DNA of 63,165 bases, filler included, from Octopus bimaculoides (Eukaryota), in assembly GCF_001194135.2 (NCBI RefSeq). It is 3 parts of 3 records of this genome, joined end to end, with 100 filler letters (N's around TTAATTAATTAA, not from the genome) between each part and the next. Parts side by side here need not be neighbours in the genome. Positions count along the whole stretch, not along the records: positions 1 to 24,352 come from NC_068991.1; 2 more parts are not named here. One strand, given 5' to 3'. The translations under genes and the position numbers were made by a program. Below, piece by piece: positions 1-12,135 of this stretch (its first letter is position 1; each line of letters opens with the position of its first letter). Under the pieces are notes generated by a model, which did no database searches, was not told the DNA's origin, and was given only the letters and a program-made list of their open reading frames with translations.

Positions 1-262
1 TATATATATATATATAGATATATCTTTATATATATATATATATATACATATATATACATATATATATATATGTACACGCACATGCATACACACACATACA
101 GTCACACACATGCATACACACACACATACACACACATATTCAAACACACAGATGCTATATCCAGAGAACGTATGGCCTTAGTTATGAACATGAGTAATCT
201 TCAAGAACGCGGGACGGAGAGAGAGAGAGAGAGGGAGAGAGATAGAGAGAGAGAGAGAGTGA
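1..262. repeat. (TA)n/(CA)n/(GA)n compound microsatellite
   Basis: Directly visible dinucleotide runs. Confidence 0.95.
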
Positions 263-605
263 TCAACAGACAGCTGTAACAGACATCTGCTTGATATGTC
301 CTTCAACCATTAATATCAATGCTTGGTATCTCTTCTGCCACAAGTGGTTCTGCTGCGTGTGAAAGAATGTATCTTTTGATATTATCTTCGGTTGGATTTG
401 CTGTTTCCATTAAGTGCATTTCAACTAACCAGGAATTATATTTTCCATGGGCGGTACGTTTTATTATCCGGAAGCGGTAGTACTGCGATTTTGTTGTTGA
501 CGAGTGTGTCCTTGCTATGCTGTGACACGCAGCGGCGTAGCCGTAGAGACGTAGAGACAAACGTGTACACACGCACACATACACACAAATATTGCATATG
601 TATGA

Positions 606-650
<45 letters not shown>

Positions 651-662
<12 letters not shown>

Positions 663-833
663 TGTGACAAATATTCGGTTGCCATAATAAAACTCCGAGT
701 GTCGGATGTCGGGGCGAAAATCTGCTCCGGCATCTCGTCAGTTATCAAGGCAATCAAAAAGCAGATTTCTGCCCCGACATCTGAAACTCGGAGTCTTATT
801 ATGACAACCGAATAATTGTCACATTATATTACA
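651..833. mobile_element. Foldback MITE-like element with ~75-bp inverted arms
   Basis: 651-726 (TGTAATATAATATGTGACAAATATTCGGTTGCCATAATAAAACTCCGAG...AATCTGCT) is the near-perfect reverse complement of 760-833; ~33-bp spacer. Confidence 0.8.
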
Positions 834-1029
834 GATAAATTCCTGATATAGACATCCCAAGACAAAAGAGGTGAACATATCAACGTTCAATGACAGAATT
901 TTATGTGTATGTGGGGGGGGAGGTGTACGATGTATGTTGAAATATTCTGCTTTTAGTACAAGTCTATTAAAGCCAGAGTCTCACTATATACGTACATTTA
1001 ACCTTTTTAGTGACAAAGGTAACACACGC

Positions 1030-1180
1030 ATCATATGATAATAATAACAATAATGACGATGAAGATGATGATGATGATGACAATAATGATGATGAGAAAT
1101 ATATTATTATTATTGTTATTATTGTCATTATTATTATTATTATTATCATTATTATTATTATCATTATTATTACAGGAAAT
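1030..1180. repeat. (AAT)/(GAT)/(ATT) trinucleotide microsatellite
   Basis: Visible trinucleotide runs. Confidence 0.9.
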
Positions 1181-1751
1181 ATTATCACTCATACACACAC
1201 ACGCATCTTTATAGACTATCAACGATTATACAACGTTGTCAAAACAAGATCTATGAACTAAAGTTTAATCCAATATGCAAATTTATTCAAAATTCCTAGT
1301 TTTGAATAAATTTGCAATAATTTTGCGGTAATAAATTTTATGTGTTGTTCGATATAAAGAACGATGAAAAATTGTTTGGATATTTCTCCTTTAAATATAA
1401 AATTAGGACAGAATGAACTAATTTAATTAAATTAAGCTATCGATATTTATAAGCTGATCAACTTACTAACAAATTGCTCGCATTAATCAACGGCTTAACC
1501 TTTCGGTTTTCACCGTTTTACACTCATGTATACATGCTTATGTTCTTGTGTGTGTATCTTACCGTATTTGACTTTTGTTGTCATTAATTTTGAGAGAATT
1601 AAAAGAAAATATTTCACGATTTATTTTTGTCTTTCATATTTATTACATCAAGAAGAGTTTATAAATTGTTCGCGCGTATTCAAAAAAATCAGTGTAGACA
1701 ATATATTTCGGTTTCCTTGAGTAATTACTCAACTTGGTTTAACAACGTAGG

Positions 1752-1755
1752 TAGG

Positions 1756-1822
<67 letters not shown>

Positions 1823-1840
1823 GTAGATAGATAGATAGAT
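1752..1840. repeat. (TAGA)n microsatellite
   Basis: Visible tetranucleotide run. Confidence 0.95.
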
Positions 1841-1864
1841 ATCTCTCTGTCTATCTATTTATCT

Positions 1865-1975
1865 CACAAGGCATTGGTTGGCCCGGGGTTATTGTAGAAG
1901 ACGCTTTCCCAAAATGCTTCACAGTGAGACTGAACCAGACACAACGAGCAAATTTATTAAGAACACAACCATATT
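1865..1975 (-). mobile_element. Degenerate 5' part of SINE family C
   Basis: GTAGAAGACGCTTTCCCAAAATGCTTCACAGTGAGACTGAACC resembles the reverse complement of the head at 16725-16830. Confidence 0.55.
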
Positions 1976-2356
1976 ATATCCAATTACAGTGATCCCTCGC
2001 CATATCGCGGTACACCGATCGCAGTTCACCTGTTATAATGAGAGTATTATAATGAGAGTATTATAATGGATAATACTAAGTGGACTTTTCCTTTTTCTCT
2101 CTCTTTTTCTTTTTTCTTTGTGATGTAATCTTGGGACTGAAAATGTTTGCGGCTGAAGATAGCTTTAAACCATCCTTTATATCAACAATATATACTGATG
2201 TAATGACAGTTTGTGTATAAAGCTTGAAACACGTGTACCGTGATATCCTTTGCGTTCCGTTTTCAATTTACGTTTACTATATTCTTTCACCTCTGCCACT
2301 ATCCAGCATATACAGGTGCTTACACTTATCAAGTATTACCTCTAAAATTTACAGTA

Positions 2357-2396
<40 letters not shown>

Positions 2397-2548
2397 GGAC
2401 TATCGATAACTAAATTACAACAGGGATATAGTCCATTTGTCCAATCTGTTAAAAATAAAAACCAATTTCCCTCAAATCACACAACTAGAATCTTAAGAAA
2501 CGGCTGACAAATAATCGAAGAATGCAGTCTTAGCTATACTAAAGTGAA

Positions 2549-2868
2549 GAGGCGTGGCTTAGTGGTTAGGGTACTCAGCTCAAGATCAGCAAAGCCGTGA
2601 GTTCGATACCCGGTGTTGCGTTGTCTCCTTGAGCAAGACACTTTATTTCACATTGCTCAACTCCACTCAGCTGGCAAAAATGAGTTCTACCTGTATTTCA
2701 AAGGGTCAGCCTTGTCACACACCGTATCACGTTGAATTTTCCAGAGAAATACGTTACGGGGACGCGTGCCTGTGGAGTGCTCAGCCACTTGCACGTTGAT
2801 TTCACGAGCAGGCTGTTCCGTTGATCGGATCGGCTGTAACCCCCGTCGTCGTAACCAACAGAGCGCCA
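2549..2868 (+). mobile_element. tRNA-derived SINE family A, full length
   Basis: A box TGGCTTAGTGG, B box GAGTTCGATACC, CORE-like CCTTGAGCAAGACACTT; body matches copies at 62556-62847 and 62858-63165. Confidence 0.9.
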
Positions 2869-3350
2869 GTTTAGGAATACAAAAAAAAGGACATGTTGGT
2901 CAAGGCTGGAAGGTCTTTGATCATAGATCTACTAAATCAGAAATGACCTAGGGCTAAGCTTCAAAATCTAATTTACAGCTCGATCATAATGCTGAGACGC
3001 TGACATAAATATTGTCGACATTGTTGACTCTGCTAGCCAGCCATTTTCTCATAACGTGTGTTGCTGAGAACATATTTGAATAAATCTGTTACGCTTCAGT
3101 GACTTCAAAATATTGGATAGCAAAGTTGCACAAATATCTCTCTCTGGCTTAAACGATGGATTTTGCGACTTCATCGATCACAGTCTATAATACGACGTAG
3201 TATAAGGCGAATATGCAAATGGGATCATTAATTATTATTAGTTAATTACGTTTTATATTTTTATATAATAACGATTTCTTATATTGATACGAAGATGCAA
3301 TTTTATAGAATAAGACAGGATTAACTGTGGAGTGAATAATTTCAATTCGA

Positions 3351-3622
3351 AAGCGGCGAGCTGGCAGAAACGTTAGCACGCCGGAGAAATGCTTAGCGGT
3401 ATTTCGTCTGCCGTTCCGTTCTGAGTTCAAACCCCGCCGAGGTCGACTTTGCCTTTCATCCTTTCGGGGTCGATACATTAAGTACCAGTTACGCACTGGG
3501 GTCGGTGTAATCGACTTAATCCTTTTGTCTTTATTTGTCCCCTCTATGTTTAGCCCCTTGAGGGCAATAAAAAAATAAGAAACGTTAACACGCCGGGCGA
3601 AATGCTTAGCAGCATTTCGTCT
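3351..3622 (+). mobile_element. tRNA-derived SINE family B (Deu/Nin-like core) plus a partial second head
   Basis: GGCGAGCTGGCAGAAACGTTAGC...GAGTTCAAA head, GCCTTTCATCCTTTCGGGGTCGAT...AAGTACC core, LINE-like tail; many other copies in the window. Confidence 0.9.
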
Positions 3623-4697
3623 GAATAAGTATAGTAAAAGGGGTCCGTGAAAAAACTCATTTAGATAAAATGGTTGGGTACCGCTGTGGGGAACCACTGA
3701 GAAAAGGTTGTGGGGAGCCACTGCTTTAATAGAAAGCAAAATAATCAGTTACGTTGGTGATGGTTTTAAACCGGATAACGAATTCAAATACACCCAATCA
3801 AATTTTTTGTATTGACCTCTGGGTGTCAATAAAATAAAGTACCAGTCAAGTACCGGCTTCGATGTAACCCGATTTGTTCCCTTCCCTTAAAATTGTTGAA
3901 CTTGAACCCTACAAAGGGCCGATGTCGCGTTCAGGGAGACAGTTGAGATTTCGATCATATATATGTCATGGAAACCGATTAACTGGCCTTACGCGTCCTA
4001 GAGCTCAAAATGAAAACCAAAAAACACTGGTAGAATACCAGAAGTTTAAAGGATGAGATATTGACAATGAAATCCTCGCCATACTTGTCGCGTACTTTAT
4101 TGTATCGACCTATGATTGATAAAAGGTAAAACTAACAGCGGCAGAATTTGAGCTCACGACGTCAGGTACCATAACTAAAAGTCACCATGAACTTAGTTTG
4201 ATGCTCTAACGACTCCGCCAGTCCCTCTCAATCGAAGTTTTTCTTATTGGCATAAGGCCACCAATTATAAAAATGTGATATAGCTATCTGAACTGACCCT
4301 CATCCGCCTGGTTCGTGTTTTATCGAACCCAAAGTGAAAATAAAACTCACAATCAAGCGTTGCTTTCATATCTCAGCCATTCCAATATGTTTTTGTTATT
4401 CTCATTCAATGAAAATTACATGAAACACAAACAGAATTATTAAACCAATAATAACGATCTAATTATGTGACAATACAGATTATATCTTGAATACTCATAC
4501 AAAAATATTGATATGTTTGATTTTTATGATTGATTTCTGTTTGTGTATTCTCGAATAATTTGATTTCTCTCACAATTTCCAACTTTGCAATAATTATACC
4601 AACTTTCACAACGGACACACATACTGCGTCGCAGTTAAATTTACGCAACGGAAAGTAGTGCGCAATTAACTGAGACGCAATATTTGTGTGTGTTTGT

Positions 4698-4734
<37 letters not shown>

Positions 4735-4850
4735 TGTGTGTGTGTGTATGTGTATGTGTGTGTGTGTGTGTGTGTTTGCCTATGCATACCAGTATCTGTG
4801 TGTCTGTGTGTGGTCTGACAGTGTGTGTATGTGCTCATGTGTGTGTGTCT

Positions 4851-4890
<40 letters not shown>

Positions 4891-5280
4891 CGTGTCCGTG
4901 TGTCTCTGTGTATGTCTGCATATATGTGTGTGTGTCTCAATGGGTCATATTCTTGAGTGTATGTCCGACACTTGACCGACCGTACTATCCACATGTGGTA
5001 AATCGGAGCAAACACTTTTAGTTCCCATCGGGAGAGCTACAATGGACAATATTCTTTTAATGCCTTCCACTGCATCATACAATCTTGGTGTATTCCATGG
5101 TTCTGCTACAACACACCCTCATCCCTTAAGCATCTCTCCGAGCCCATGCTTCTTGAATGCGCCACATCATACCTTATCCTCTGAGGACATTCCAGTGACT
5201 CATACCCATGGCTGCAGAACAATGGCTTATATTCTCTGAGTGCATTTTAGTGCTTCATTCTCTTTGGGTGCGCCCTAGTA

Positions 5281-5495
5281 CAGGGTGCGACAGAAATAGC
5301 TCCGACATTTTAAACTTTCACCTATGTGTTGCTAATGAACTTATGCAAGTGCCAATGATGTTTTCATTTAGCTAATGAATAAAAACTGTAACCCTTTGTT
5401 TAAACAACAGTAAAATTAATTAATTTTTCATAAATGTTGTTACTTTTTCTTTTTGTCAACCATTCAAATGTGGGAGGTATTTCTGCCGTACCTTG
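5281..5495. mobile_element. Tc1/mariner-type MITE
   Basis: TIRs CAGGGTGCGACAGAAATAGCTCC / GGAGGTATTTCTGCCGTACCTTG flanked by TA on both sides (5279-80, 5496-97). Confidence 0.8.
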
Positions 5496-5659
5496 TACAT
5501 CATACCCTACTGCACCATTCTCAGTGTACCAGTCTATGATATGACGAGGTATAAGGCGAATATGCAAATGGGATCATTAATTAATTTTTATTAGTTAATT
5601 AAGTTTTGTATTTTTCAATATCTGATTTCCAGATAAGCTACAAAGTCTCAACTTTAGGT

Positions 5660-5790
5660 GAAAGGATATCGTCAATTGATATAACCCCAACAACTGAATG
5701 GTACTTTATTTTATCGGCCCCAGAAGTCTAAAAGACAAGGCTGACTTCGGAGAAATTTGAACTGCGAACATTAAAAATATGGCTGCATTT
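5660..5790 (-). mobile_element. Degenerate SINE family B
   Basis: GGTACTTTATTTTATCGGCCCCAGAAG...GAAATTTGAACT matches the reverse complement of the core and B box. Confidence 0.6.
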
Positions 5791-6324
5791 AAAATTCTAT
5801 AATACAAGACGTTTTGTGATTTTGTCTTGCCAACCCAATGCGATATTGTCAATCCAACGCAAGGGTCTTCGAAGGTCTCGGCAAATTTTAGAAGTCGGTT
5901 CGAATCACAGAATAAGATTTTCAGTTAATTCCAATTCGTTCCTAAGTTTCCTCTTAAATCTCCTCAACCGAATATTTAGGGAATTCAGGAATTAGACTTA
6001 TGATCTCATATTTTCTTCCGCTCTTTCTTCCTCTCTTTCGTTCCTATCTTTGTTCCTTCTTTGTCTTCTTCATCTTCCTTCTCTATCTCTATCTATCTAT
6101 CTCTCTCTCTCTCTCTCTCTTTCTCTCTTATCATTCTTTTATCGTTTGATGTTATTTGTTTGTTTGTCTGTTGGTGTGTTGTTGTTGTTGTTGTTGTTGT
6201 TTTTTAAATTTCCTTTGGCTGAAAAACGAGGAATTTGATCGATGTCTTTGATGTCAAATGTGTTATTGAAATGTAGTTTTATGAGATTTCATTTCGGTGT
6301 TAATGAAATGAAGAAGGAGATGAT

Positions 6325-6470
6325 GAAGAAGAAGAAGAAGAAGAAGAAGAAGAAGAAGAAGAAGAAGAAGAAGAAGAAGAAGAAGAAGAAGAAGAAGAAG
6401 AAGAAGAAGAAGAAGAAGAAGAAGAAGAAGAAGAAGAAGATGAGGAGGAGGAGAAGGAAGAGGAGGGAGT
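6325..6470. repeat. (GAA)n polypurine tract
   Basis: Long perfect GAA run. Confidence 0.97.
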
Positions 6471-6864
6471 GAAACGGAATGTAAAATAAAGCAAAGCATT
6501 CTTCTCAAGGCAATACAGGTTGTTAAGCAAGATGAAGTAATTTCATTGCGCACCGACACAATATTAAGAACAACTGCAATAACGGAAGAGACCGCTGTAA
6601 TATTAAGAACGACAGGTTTCGTGTTGAGGAATAGAGGCGCAGCAGTGAGAAAAGAAGAGTTGGTATTTGAAACGCCGACAGCTTTCATGTTGTGGGCTGA
6701 TACCATGTTGAGGGCAGTTGTCAAATTGAGAAGAGTTTCAAGGAGTTGCCACATGGAAAATATCCGCTATTTTAAGGAGAGTTGCCATATGGAGGACAAT
6801 CGCCATAACGAGGAGGACAGTTGCCACTGAGAAAAGTACAATCGCTCTCTTATGTTCCGGTGTA

Positions 6865-7300
6865 CGAGATCTGATCAAAAAATATCGGGACTGGTGCTAT
6901 AAAAAGAAAATTACAACACATATCAATCCAGCATTTAATCTCCTTCAAAGTGGTGCCTTTTCTGAATCCACACACTTTATCCAGCATCGTTTCCATTGAT
7001 GGAGGCTTTCCTGGAACTCCTTTTTGAGGATAGCGAGAAGCCGTCTCGTTGCATTTTCTTGGACTTTTTCAAAGTCTTCTTTCTTTCAAGTGGGATGTGA
7101 TTTTTGCCTTAGTTTCGGTGTGAAGGCCATAGATCCACCATTCGCCACCTGTTATGATCTTTTTCGAAAGATTTGCGTCTTTCTCGACACAGTCAGAAAG
7201 ATCCTACACAGCTGAAACCTAACCTTCTTTTTCAGACGACCACACTCTACACACTTTACTTACAAGCACTGCTATGAACAGCTGGCGGTCAGGACATAAT
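6865..7300 (-). mobile_element. Internally deleted mariner element
   Basis: TA + CGAGATCTGATCAAAAAATATCGGGAC TIR; minus strand encodes the mariner C-terminus WKRCWIKCVDSERHHFEGD* and a KIITG-E remnant of the first catalytic motif. Confidence 0.8.
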
Positions 7301-8286
7301 ACATGTTTGAATTAAAAAAAGTTTCATGTTAGGTTTACAGAAGAGTATACGTTAGTCAAATTAAGGGTAGCATCAACGAAATTGTTATTTGGTGGCCGAA
7401 AATGCTGAAGGTGCTGATGAGATCTGAAGATAGCGTGTTGGAATATATCTAAAACATCGTTTCTATAAAGGCCGAAATATATTTACTATATATGGCTTAT
7501 ATCTGGGATGTATATAACATCACAAGATCGTCAATCTCTTCATACTGTACATCCCATATAGTTATTCTCTCCGTATATACAGAACTGAGGGTTTAAATAT
7601 AATTTTAATATCGTTGTTTGGCGTTCAGTTGAAATTTCAGTCAACCAAAAATTAAATATAGATATGCAGGAACGTATGTATTCATGGTGACAACTCTAGA
7701 CTTGTTTCGCTCATTCCACTTCTTCAGTAACATATAATTCACTTACAGCTGTCAAAACTTTACGACGATACAATATTTTGTGTGTAAATATTTCGCTGAT
7801 TATGTAAATTAAAATAGCATGGGAAAAATGTTTCCTAAGGTTGCCGTCTGCATGATGAACACATAGTCAAGTGCTGACAAACCGAAAAAAAATACTGATT
7901 AATCAATTAACATTCTATCCACGATTTGAGGAAAAGTGCTAATAAAAATTAATCTCAGACATGGGAATGAATAAAATTACCGAAACTTTGAATCAAACGA
8001 AAAGAGATATGGATGGAATGAGTGAGGAGTTCTGCAAAGGAAAGTTTCCAATGTCATTATTTAAATTTCTCCAAGGTAGCGAGCTGACAGAATCGTTAGA
8101 ACACCAGAGGAAATTATTTTATTTCTCAAAAATTACATTTATTTATCAGTTTAAAGTTAGACTAGTTGTACAATGACTCTGCTTCCCTGAGGAGGTCTAA
8201 CAAGGCCGAAACATAACTGCAGCTGCCATCATTGATGCCAAAACAGGAAATTTAATTAATTCGGTGGCTTAATATAATAAATGAAT

Positions 8287-8772
8287 AGAGAGATATTTCT
8301 ACACATAAAATGTTTTCCAACTATGTGACAAACCAAAAATTAAATGAAGATATACACAGTCGGTGATTGTTGATGGCTTAAGCGACGTATCTTGTTTTTC
8401 TCTTTTGCTCTTTTTCTGATTAACTTTCATTAAGTCTTTCTTCTCTGCTTGCTGCGGTTTTAGTTCCAATGAGTTGATGGCTATTTTCAGTATGCCACCA
8501 TAAATATATTTCTATGAACTTAACTCTATATTTTACTTGCAGAAAACACCCATGGCGATTTTCCAATGTCATTATTTTAATTTTTTCACACAGTGAGTTA
8601 TTTTCCTCACAGAATACTACATCCAGTAATCGTGCTGAGAAGGGCTAATAAGAGTGAAACAAGCTCTGAATTGTCTCAAAAATAGACTCAATCACCCACT
8701 GTGTATATCTTCATTTAAGCCTTGATTTGTCACAGAGTTGAAAAATATTTTATGCATACGAATATTTCTCTC
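8287..8772. repeat. Decayed foldback element, ~83-bp inverted arms
   Basis: 8287-8369 is similar to the reverse complement of 8689-8772 (shared TTAAATGAAGATATACACAGT, TGTGACAAA). Confidence 0.65.
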
Positions 8773-9192
8773 TGTCATTTCTTATATTTTCTTTTATTGT
8801 CGTTTTTTTTATTTCTTTCTCTTATTTTTTTTTTTTTTTTGCATTCTCCTCATAATTCGTCTTTTTACTGTTTGATCTAGAGAAAAGACGCTTGCTTGTT
8901 AATGCACTCGTCTTACTTTTTCTGTTCGACTCCGTTTTGATAGACGAACACTCTCGTTCATACCTGCATCATCTAATTAAATAATACCTGCGAATTAAAT
9001 AATATTATCGGAAGGTGTCGAAATTGGGATGATATTTGCTCGATAACTAATGAGAGAATAACCATCACCATTGTGTCTATGGTTCTACCTATTTTTCTGT
9101 CTGTTACTTTGGCTATCCCTGTTCCATATTTCTATGGTTCTATATATAGAGAGAGACAGACAGACAGAAAGAGAGAGAGATGAATAGATAAG

Positions 9193-9232
<40 letters not shown>

Positions 9233-9234
<2 letters not shown>

Positions 9235-9480
9235 TATGTTTCTTTATTAGCCACACAGGGCTCAACATAGAAGGGACAAAATACAAATGTAGAGTTTTTC
9301 TTTTCGAGGGGGGCGAAAAAAAAAAAAGTGGGGACAACGATGGAAAAGAACATCGCAGAACGTTTGGGGTATTTACAAAAAATATGAAATAATACAGAAA
9401 ATTCCCAATAAATGGGTAGGTTATCTGTGGAAAGAAAAACCTACGAAAAGACCACGGTAACATCGGTCCTTAGTGTCACA
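9233..9480 (-). mobile_element. Probable 3' UTR fragment of a LINE
   Basis: T-rich 3' region ending TTTGTCCCTTCTATGTTGAGCCCTGTGTGGCTAATAAAGAA, homologous to the SINE B tail. Confidence 0.55.
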
Positions 9481-9518
9481 GTTTGTTAAATAAAATTTCT
9501 TTTATTTATGCAATATAT

Positions 9519-9569
<51 letters not shown>

Positions 9570-10368
9570 CACAAACACACAAACACACGTACACACATAC
9601 ATGCATACATACATACATCGGAAAGTATCGAAATTGTGATGAACTTTCGTCAATAACTGATGAGGGTAGAACGTGTACACGTCGCACGTGTCAGTGCTTC
9701 ACCTGTTTTCCGCATGTTCCTTTGTCTTCCCCCAGTGGCACCTTTTTTTTTAATTCTTATTTTTAACATCTCATACTTTCTGATGGAAGCGTAATCCATT
9801 CTCATCCACCAAGGACGTTGAACTGTCAACAGATACAGTATTTTGTGTAGAAATAATTACATTACAAATTGATAGCACTGCAAAGCTTCTCGTGATTACA
9901 GCCTTTATCCATGCATGTCTTCATACAATTTCCGGTGAATTGCATTGTGGGAGTTATTTCCTATGCTTCTTTAATGAATAATTTCCATTAATGGCAATTA
10001 TTTCTCTCCTCAATAAGAGCGATAATTTCAATTTATTAACTATTAATTCCGAATCACTGTCTTATGTACGATAGACTGCATTTATCTATAAATTCATCGT
10101 GCAGAAAGTATCCTGAAAATTTTACCGAAGTCATTATAGTTATGGATGCATGTATGTATGTATGTATGTATGTATATATGTATGCATGATGTATATTTGT
10201 ATGTATTATGTATGTATATCTGTGTGCGTCTGTGTGTGAGTATGCGTATGTATGTATATATATACATAATAAATGCATATACGTATAGATACAAATGCAT
10301 ATATACATTCATTTATGCATTTATACGCATGTGTATAAATGTATCTATAGATATAGATNNNNNNNNNN

Positions 10369-10407
<39 letters not shown>

Positions 10408-10497
10408 GGACAAACATGTGCCTGCATGTACATACATATATATCTATATATACACACACATTTTTGTTACATGAATACGCACACACACACATAAGCG

Positions 10498-10536
<39 letters not shown>

Positions 10537-10979
10537 CCACACACAGAAGAGATGGAGGCGAGAAAGAATATCTCAAGTCTTCGTCAAGGTCGATTTTGTT
10601 TCCATCACCTAATATTTGCCAATATTACTTTGGCGTTAAAAAAAACCACAGTCACTCACTCATCGTATTTAGAAATGCATACACAGGCGTCGTATGTGGT
10701 TAAACATTCTACTATTTGAATGGAAACATTTTGTTTTTGAATAAACATTGTGTGTTTGACTAAATATTAGCTATTAAGAAGTTAAAGATTGCACATCACT
10801 TCCATCGGACGTGTTCAGAGTTGAACGAATGTTTTTTCACGCCATTGTTTCGTATTTTCTTCAATGGCAAGCTTTTAAATAAATGTTTATAGAATAAGCA
10901 GTGTTATTCTTGTTACAAGATGGTGGCGGCGTTTGTTTAATGCGTGGAATGGATTCTAGTTGCTGTTTTTTGCTATTCT

Positions 10980-11109
<130 letters not shown>

Positions 11110-11762
11110 NNNNNNNNNNNNNNNNNNNNNNNNNNNNNNNNNNNNNNNNNNNNNNNNNNNNNNNNNNNNNNNNNNNNNNNNNNNNNNNNNNNNNNNNNNN
11201 NNNNNNNNNNNNNNNNNNNNNNNNNNNNNNNNNNNNNNNNNNNNNNNNNNNNNNNNNNNNNNNNNNNNNNNNNNNNNNNNNNNNNNNNNNNNNNNNNNNN
11301 NNNNNNNNNNNNNNNNNNNNNNNNNNNNNNNNNNNNNNNNNNNNNNNNNNNNNNNNNNNNNNNNNNNNNNNNNNNNNNNNNNNNNNNNNNNNNNNNNNNN
11401 NNNNNNNNNNNNNNNNNNNNNNNNNNNNNNNNNNNNNNNNNNNNNNNNNNNNNNNNNNNNNNNNNNNNNNNNNNNNNNNNNNNNNNNNNNNNNNNNNNNN
11501 NNNNNNNNNNNNNNNNNNNNNNNNNNNNNNNNNNNNNNNNNNNNNNNNNNNNNNNNNNNNNNNNNNNNNNNNNNNNNNNNNNNNNNNNNNNNNNNNNNNN
11601 NNNNNNNNNNNNNNNNNNNNNNNNNNNNNNNNNNNNNNNNNNNNNNNNNNNNNNNNNNNNNNNTCTGTCCTTTAAAGCTTTCAGCCAACCAGTATCTTTT
11701 GAAATTCGAAATCCTCGTTCTTTCCCTTCTTTGTAGCTCCTTTTGTCACAGAGTGGCCCCAG

Positions 11763-12135
11763 CCCTTGTTTGGAGCAAAATCCTTTTAAAAAAACAACCG
11801 TTATCAATCGCGTTCTAACCATGAATATCTCGACCTCAGACATTCTATATCTCAGACTACCTTATACAAATTCAATGAAATTCATTCATAAGGAATTGGT
11901 CGATTATAGTAGAAGACATTTGTCCGAGGTACCACGCAGTTGGCTCCTTAGCCCGAACCCTTGTTTGAAGCAAAATCATTTTTTAAAACCAATCGTTATC
12001 AATCGAGTTCTAACCATGAATATCTCGACCCCAGACATTCTGTATCTCAGACTACATTCCACAAATTCAACGAAATTCATTCATAAGGAATTGTTCAGTT
12101 ATAGTAGAAGACATTTGTCCAAGGTACCGCGATGT
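11763..12135. repeat. Tandem duplication with a 195-bp unit
   Basis: CCCTTGTTTG(G/A)AGCAAAATC recurs at 11763 and 11958; each unit ends in a SINE C-like fragment (GTAGAAGACATTTGTCC.AGGTACC). Confidence 0.9.

Noticed and set aside
2195-2245. CTGATG...GAAACACGTGTA hammerhead-like remnant
   Set aside because: The core is interrupted, helix II is imperfect and there is no helix I; too degenerate to support
2549-2625. tRNA-like heads here and at 16725, 40860 and 55965
   Set aside because: They have A/B boxes but no complete cloverleaf and continue into SINE bodies
6242-6530. Poly-K, poly-S and poly-L ORFs (also poly-E/D at 47329-47675, poly-Q at 10861)
   Set aside because: Translations of (GAA)n, (GAT)n and (GTT)n tracts with no coding context
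9655-9700. CTGATGAG as a hammerhead core (similar partial hits at 7424 and 61520 minus)
   Set aside because: No helix II followed by GAAA
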